The position numbers and the translations under genes were made by a program. 64,000 nucleotides of DNA, taken from IMG/VR virus record IMGVR_UViG_3300021135_000011, positions 1,213 to 65,212 of that record. One strand, given 5' to 3'. Below, piece by piece: positions 60,434 to 64,000 of the stretch. This DNA comes from a virus. Taxonomy: Duplodnaviria; Caudoviricetes. How positions within the stretch are numbered: the first letter of the stretch is position 1; each line of letters opens with the position of its first letter. Below the pieces are notes generated by a model. The model saw only the letters and a program-made list of their open reading frames with translations, had not been told where the DNA came from and ran no database searches.

Positions 60434-61354
60434 ATGATTAAGAAAGAAATATTAAATAGAGTAGTAGAATTACACGAAAAAGGACTAATTGATACAGAAA
60501 TTGCAAAACAAATAGGAAAGAGTCCCGATACAGTTGCATATTATAGAAAAAAATTAAATATTGAAAGTAATTTTCGATTAAATCATCCAAATATTGATGA
60601 GTTTATACTTGAAGATTTAAATAATAAACTTTCAACTTATGCAATTTGTAAGAAACACCAAATAAGTTCTTGTTATGTACGTAGAGTTGCAAGAGATAAT
60701 GATATACAACCCTTTAAGCAATATCTAAACCAAAATCGAAGATTTGTTAAAAATAATCCATTTGAAGATCTATCTAATCCAGAAGTTCAATATTGGTTAG
60801 GTATGTTGGCTGCTGACGGAACAATTTCTGGAACAAGACTTACTTTAGGGTTAAAAGAACAAGATAAAACTCACATAGAGAAATTTATCAAATTTTTAGG
60901 TGGTAAAGTAAAAATAAGAAAAACCTGTAAAGATGAAAAATATTATTCTTACACATGTTCTTTTAGAAATAAAGAAGTGATTGATTTTTTAGAAAAATTA
61001 GGTATTATAGCAAACAAAAGCTTAACACTTGACTATAAGGGAGAAATTACTTTAGATTTTTTAAGGGGAATAATAGATGGGGATGGATATATTAGAAAAA
61101 AAAGTCTTGATGAAATATCAATATTAACAGGTTCAAAATTATTTGCAAATCAATTAGTAACGGCTATTAAAAAATTATTTAATATAGAAGCAAAACTATA
61201 TATTCGTATGTTTAAAAACGAAATGTATTATGTGGCTATATTAGGTAAAAAACGTGTACCAAAAATACTTGATGAATTATATTTAAACGCTTGTATTTTT
61301 TTAGATAGAAAATACAATAATGCCATACTCGATAGAAATATTGAGAAAAAATAA
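60434..61354 (+). CDS. LAGLIDADG homing endonuclease with N-terminal HTH
   Basis: YWLGMLAADG and FLRGIIDGDG; GLIDTEIAKQIG. Confidence 0.93.
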   Translation: MIKKEILNRVVELHEKGLIDTEIAKQIGKSPDTVAYYRKKLNIESNFRLNHPNIDEFILEDLNNKLSTYAICKKHQISSCYVRRVARDNDIQPFKQYLNQNRRFVKNNPFEDLSNPEVQYWLGMLAADGTISGTRLTLGLKEQDKTHIEKFIKFLGGKVKIRKTCKDEKYYSYTCSFRNKEVIDFLEKLGIIANKSLTLDYKGEITLDFLRGIIDGDGYIRKKSLDEISILTGSKLFANQLVTAIKKLFNIEAKLYIRMFKNEMYYVAILGKKRVPKILDELYLNACIFLDRKYNNAILDRNIEKK

Positions 61355-61549
61355 CACTTTAAATTCAGGGAACCAGCGTTGGGAATCCTGAGCGAAATCC
61401 ATTAAGTAGATGAAAACCTAGACCAGAAAAAATGTGGGGTCTAGGTTTTTTGATTTTATTTATAAGGAGACGTGCAACGACTATAATAAGTGCATCTTAA
61501 CGTAAAGACGAAGATGAAGGGATAGTCTGGCTAGCAGAGAAGCTAGAGG

Positions 61550-61762
61550 GTAGAGTACAGGAGTTTGTCTTCTCATTTTGCCTCCACCCAAGAACTTATT
61601 GAATGGTCTTTTAGAAATACAGAGGCGGCAATTCAATTTGTAAACGAAGGAAGAATAGAAGAAATAGAAAACTTTGGAGATGAAATCCAACACATAATTA
61701 ATAATACAGATAAAGAATTAGCCCAGCAATGGGTAGATAGGTTTAAAATAGAAATGCCATGA
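61550..61762 (+). CDS. COOH-NH2 ligase type 2, exon 2
   Basis: GTA GAG TAC AGG = VEYRSLSSHF; restores YG-VEYR; spliced product 271 aa. Confidence 0.88.
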   Translation, partial: VEYRSLSSHFASTQELIEWSFRNTEAAIQFVNEGRIEEIENFGDEIQHIINNTDKELAQQWVDRFKIEMP

Positions 61763-61971
61763 ATAAAACAATAAAAATGTTAAGTCATTATAGAAAAATA
61801 TTAGCTCCAATTCTTGGAGTAAAGGAAGAGGCAATTATTTTTTTATCTAATAATAAAGAAATTGGAGAAACAATAGAATATGCTAAAGAACATATAACTA
61901 CTACTTGGAATTTAGGAGATTATAAAGTAATTGTAAGAAAAAATAAAACAACATTATGCAGAAAAAGATAA
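61759..61971 (+). CDS. Hypothetical protein
   Basis: ORF track, coupled. Confidence 0.5.
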   Translation: MNKTIKMLSHYRKILAPILGVKEEAIIFLSNNKEIGETIEYAKEHITTTWNLGDYKVIVRKNKTTLCRKR

Positions 61972-62576
61972 GAAAAATATATTGTGTTAGAGGCAGTTCA
62001 GGATATGCTCGTTGGATGCAAGGAGAAATAGTAAAAAATATGGAAGAAGCAGATTTAGTAGTATTACCAGGAGGTAGTGATGTGCCAACTAAGTATTATG
62101 CAAAATCTACACATCCTTCAACATGGGGATTTAGTTCTGGAGAAGAAGAATATAACGAAATACAAAAAGCACTAAGTCTTGGTAAAAAGATTTGGGGGAC
62201 TTGTAAGGGCCTTCAATGGTCGTCGGTAATTTCAGGCGGCTCGCTGATTCAAGATTTAAATCACCCCGGATCACATAAAATCACTACGGAAGATGGTAAA
62301 ACGTTGATAGTCAATTCGTTGCATCATCAGGCAGTATATCCTTTTGATTTACCAAAAGATGAATACAGAATTATTGGTTGGGCAGAAAATTTATCACCAC
62401 ATCATCAAGATGGAGATTGTAAGGAAATGGAAGTATCTGTTGAACCTGAAATCGTATATTTTCCAAAAACAAAAATGTTAGGGACGCAATTTCACTGCGA
62501 ACTAATGTCAGAAACTCACCCAACAGTACAATATTGCCAAGATTTATTAGATAGATTCATGGAAGATAAATTATGA
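61956..62576 (+). CDS. Class I glutamine amidotransferase / peptidase C26
   Basis: LPGGSDV, GTCKGLQ, VNSLHHQ, QFHCE (Cys-His-Glu triad). Confidence 0.9.
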   Translation: MQKKIRKIYCVRGSSGYARWMQGEIVKNMEEADLVVLPGGSDVPTKYYAKSTHPSTWGFSSGEEEYNEIQKALSLGKKIWGTCKGLQWSSVISGGSLIQDLNHPGSHKITTEDGKTLIVNSLHHQAVYPFDLPKDEYRIIGWAENLSPHHQDGDCKEMEVSVEPEIVYFPKTKMLGTQFHCELMSETHPTVQYCQDLLDRFMEDKL

Positions 62577-63558
62577 CAAATAAAGAATTAATAAAACAAT
62601 TACAAAATTATCCTGAAAACGCAATGGTTTTTACACATAATCCAGAACAATTTCCCGCAAGTACTTATATACAATTATTAGAATTTGGGAAAGAGATAAG
62701 TATTTTAGATAGTGTAGATAAACCAAAACAAGGAGATAAAATCATTATAATATATTGAAAAATGATTCTATATAAAAACAATAGTAAATTAGATCAAAAA
62801 GTAGTTACTACTATAGATGGAAGTCTTGAGTATAGGCGTAATTGCAAATTTATCAAAGAAAAATATTATAGGATGGGTGACCATGTGCATTTTATAGAAT
62901 CAGAAAATCTTTGGTATAGGGTAGAGTTAAATAAAATAAAATACAATAGTCTAACTAAAAAATGGGAATTAAAGAATAAATAATGGAGATAAGAGAAGTT
63001 CCAAAAGTAGAAAATAAACCTATTGAGGTTATTTTAGAAACAGTTGCAAAAAATGAAAAAAAATATTTGCAAGAACGCAGATTTAAATTAGATAGAAAAG
63101 TAAATCCTAAATCATTTGAAAATATCACATCTTTTTTAGAGTGGTTTTTAAATGACGAAAAGGGTAATAAGACATCAAGATGTGTTTGGGTAGACCAAGA
63201 AATAGATAAGGAAAATCCAACGGCACACATACAATGTCAGGTTTATAAAAATAGAAGTACGCATGATTTATTTTTGTTAACAAATTATTATTTTTCTGAG
63301 GCAACTCTCGAACAAGTAATTTGTGCTCTAATAAATCTAAATGAATCTTTTAAAATTAGCACTCTTTGGTGCCCAAATATAGAAGCTAGAGTTTGGTATA
63401 GAAATACAAGAATAGATAATCAAACAGAAGGTATTGTAGTATCAGATTATGATAACTTATACCCACGTAGATTTAATAATGAAACAGATAATCTAAACTA
63501 TAACGATTTAAAAAACTTATATGAATATTGTAATAAAGAAGAAGAAATTAGTGCGTAA
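62573..63558 (+). other. Three hypothetical CDS (62573, 62762, 62983)
   Basis: ORF track. Confidence 0.55.
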
Positions 63559-64000
63559 TTCTCAGGCAACAAAAAAAGTTGCGGCACCTGTAAAAAAAAG
63601 TGTAAAAAAAGTAGTAGCTATACACACTGAACAAAAACCAGTACAAAAAAAGATATTAACAAATCATAAGTTTCAAATATTAACCCGTCATCCTTCTTAT
63701 GCAGAATTGCGTAAAAATTTACCTAGAATGCCTTTTAAGCTAATAGCTCGTTTTGGTAGTACTACAGAAGTGGCTGATGCAATGAGCAAAGGGGGTAAAA
63801 CACTTGAAATAAATGAAATAAAGGCAATAAGAAACAGTGCTTCTAAATTATTGATGAAAAAATGTTTTACTAGCGCAGGTGTAAAAACAGCAAATTGGTT
63901 TACTGTTAGAGCAGGAAAAATATGTATTGCGGATGATCAAAATAAAATAATAGTACAAGATAAGTTGCCTTATCCACTTATAGTAAAAAGTCATCATGGG
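63521..64000 (+). CDS. ATP-grasp ligase (partial, runs off the window)
   Basis: Open from ATG 63521: TRHPS, RFGSTT, AIRNSASKLLMKKCF..AGVKT, LPYPLIVKSHHG; absent from the track. Confidence 0.75.
   Translation, partial: MNIVIKKKKLVRNSQATKKVAAPVKKSVKKVVAIHTEQKPVQKKILTNHKFQILTRHPSYAELRKNLPRMPFKLIARFGSTTEVADAMSKGGKTLEINEIKAIRNSASKLLMKKCFTSAGVKTANWFTVRAGKICIADDQNKIIVQDKLPYPLIVKSHHG

Larger units (their letters stand above)
60329..61549 (+). mobile_element. Group I intron with homing endonuclease in L1
   Basis: IGS tGCCATA (61321-61327) pairs exon TATGGT with U-G; P2 ctcgata-GAAA-tattgag; P aattcagggaa, Q aatcctgagc, R gtgcaacgacta, S aagggatagtct; P3 cactt/aagtg; P8 catctt/aagatg; P9 ctagc/gctag; terminal G. 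Confidence 0.93.

Noticed and set aside
60326-61555. GGTAGAG at both intron ends as a target-site duplication
   Set aside because: Joining through the duplicate gives a frameshift; group I rules (U at 5' site, terminal G) give the in-frame junction
62762-62983. Truncated remnant of a larger ligase gene
   Set aside because: Only a vague resemblance; no continuation in another frame and no catalytic motif to support a pseudogene call
1313-63230. Short opposite-strand or nested ORFs (e.g. 1313, 3751, 8306, 9054, 20814, 24562, 49275, 51846, 57761, 62955)
   Set aside because: Shadow frames of longer motif-bearing genes
1-64000. Stop-codon reassignment (TAG/TGA), known in some crAss-like phages
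   Set aside because: TerL, portal, MCP and PolB are full length in code 11; TAG and TGA end genes at sensible places; no suppressor tRNA found

Overview
AT-rich fragment of a crAss-like (Crassvirales-type) dsDNA phage genome in the standard genetic code. The host is most likely Bacteroidota, inferred from TTTG-N20-TAnnTTTG promoters and A-rich leaders without Shine-Dalgarno motifs. Bases 1-~27.9 kb (minus strand) hold the virion/packaging module: Cys-rich structural genes, holin-like genes, major capsid, portal and large terminase. Embedded in it are nine glycosyltransferase-like genes (one GT11, five GT2 paralogs, two GT-B, one WavQ-like), PhoH, a PD-(D/E)XK nuclease, an HU/IHF-like gene and a degenerate tRNA-Gln. 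After a strand switch at ~28.0 kb the plus strand opens with an early/accessory region of micro-ORFs alternating with at least ten long-stemmed RNA structures. In the middle of that region an Sm/LSm-like gene is coupled to an unannotated 56-aa (R/G/W-S)x21 repeat peptide; this is my best candidate for an undescribed system. Downstream lie an ECF-like sigma factor, a tmRNA with a long tag, tRNA-Arg, an MTase-like/ParB-like pair and the replication module (PolB, DnaB-like helicase, AAA ATPase, SSB-like, primase). The window ends in a phiEco32-like peptide-ligase cluster (GGCT, COOH-NH2 ligase, class-I GATase, ATP-grasp). The ligase gene is split by a complete group I intron with a LAGLIDADG gene in its P1 loop. 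All calls come from reading motifs by eye; no database searches were run.
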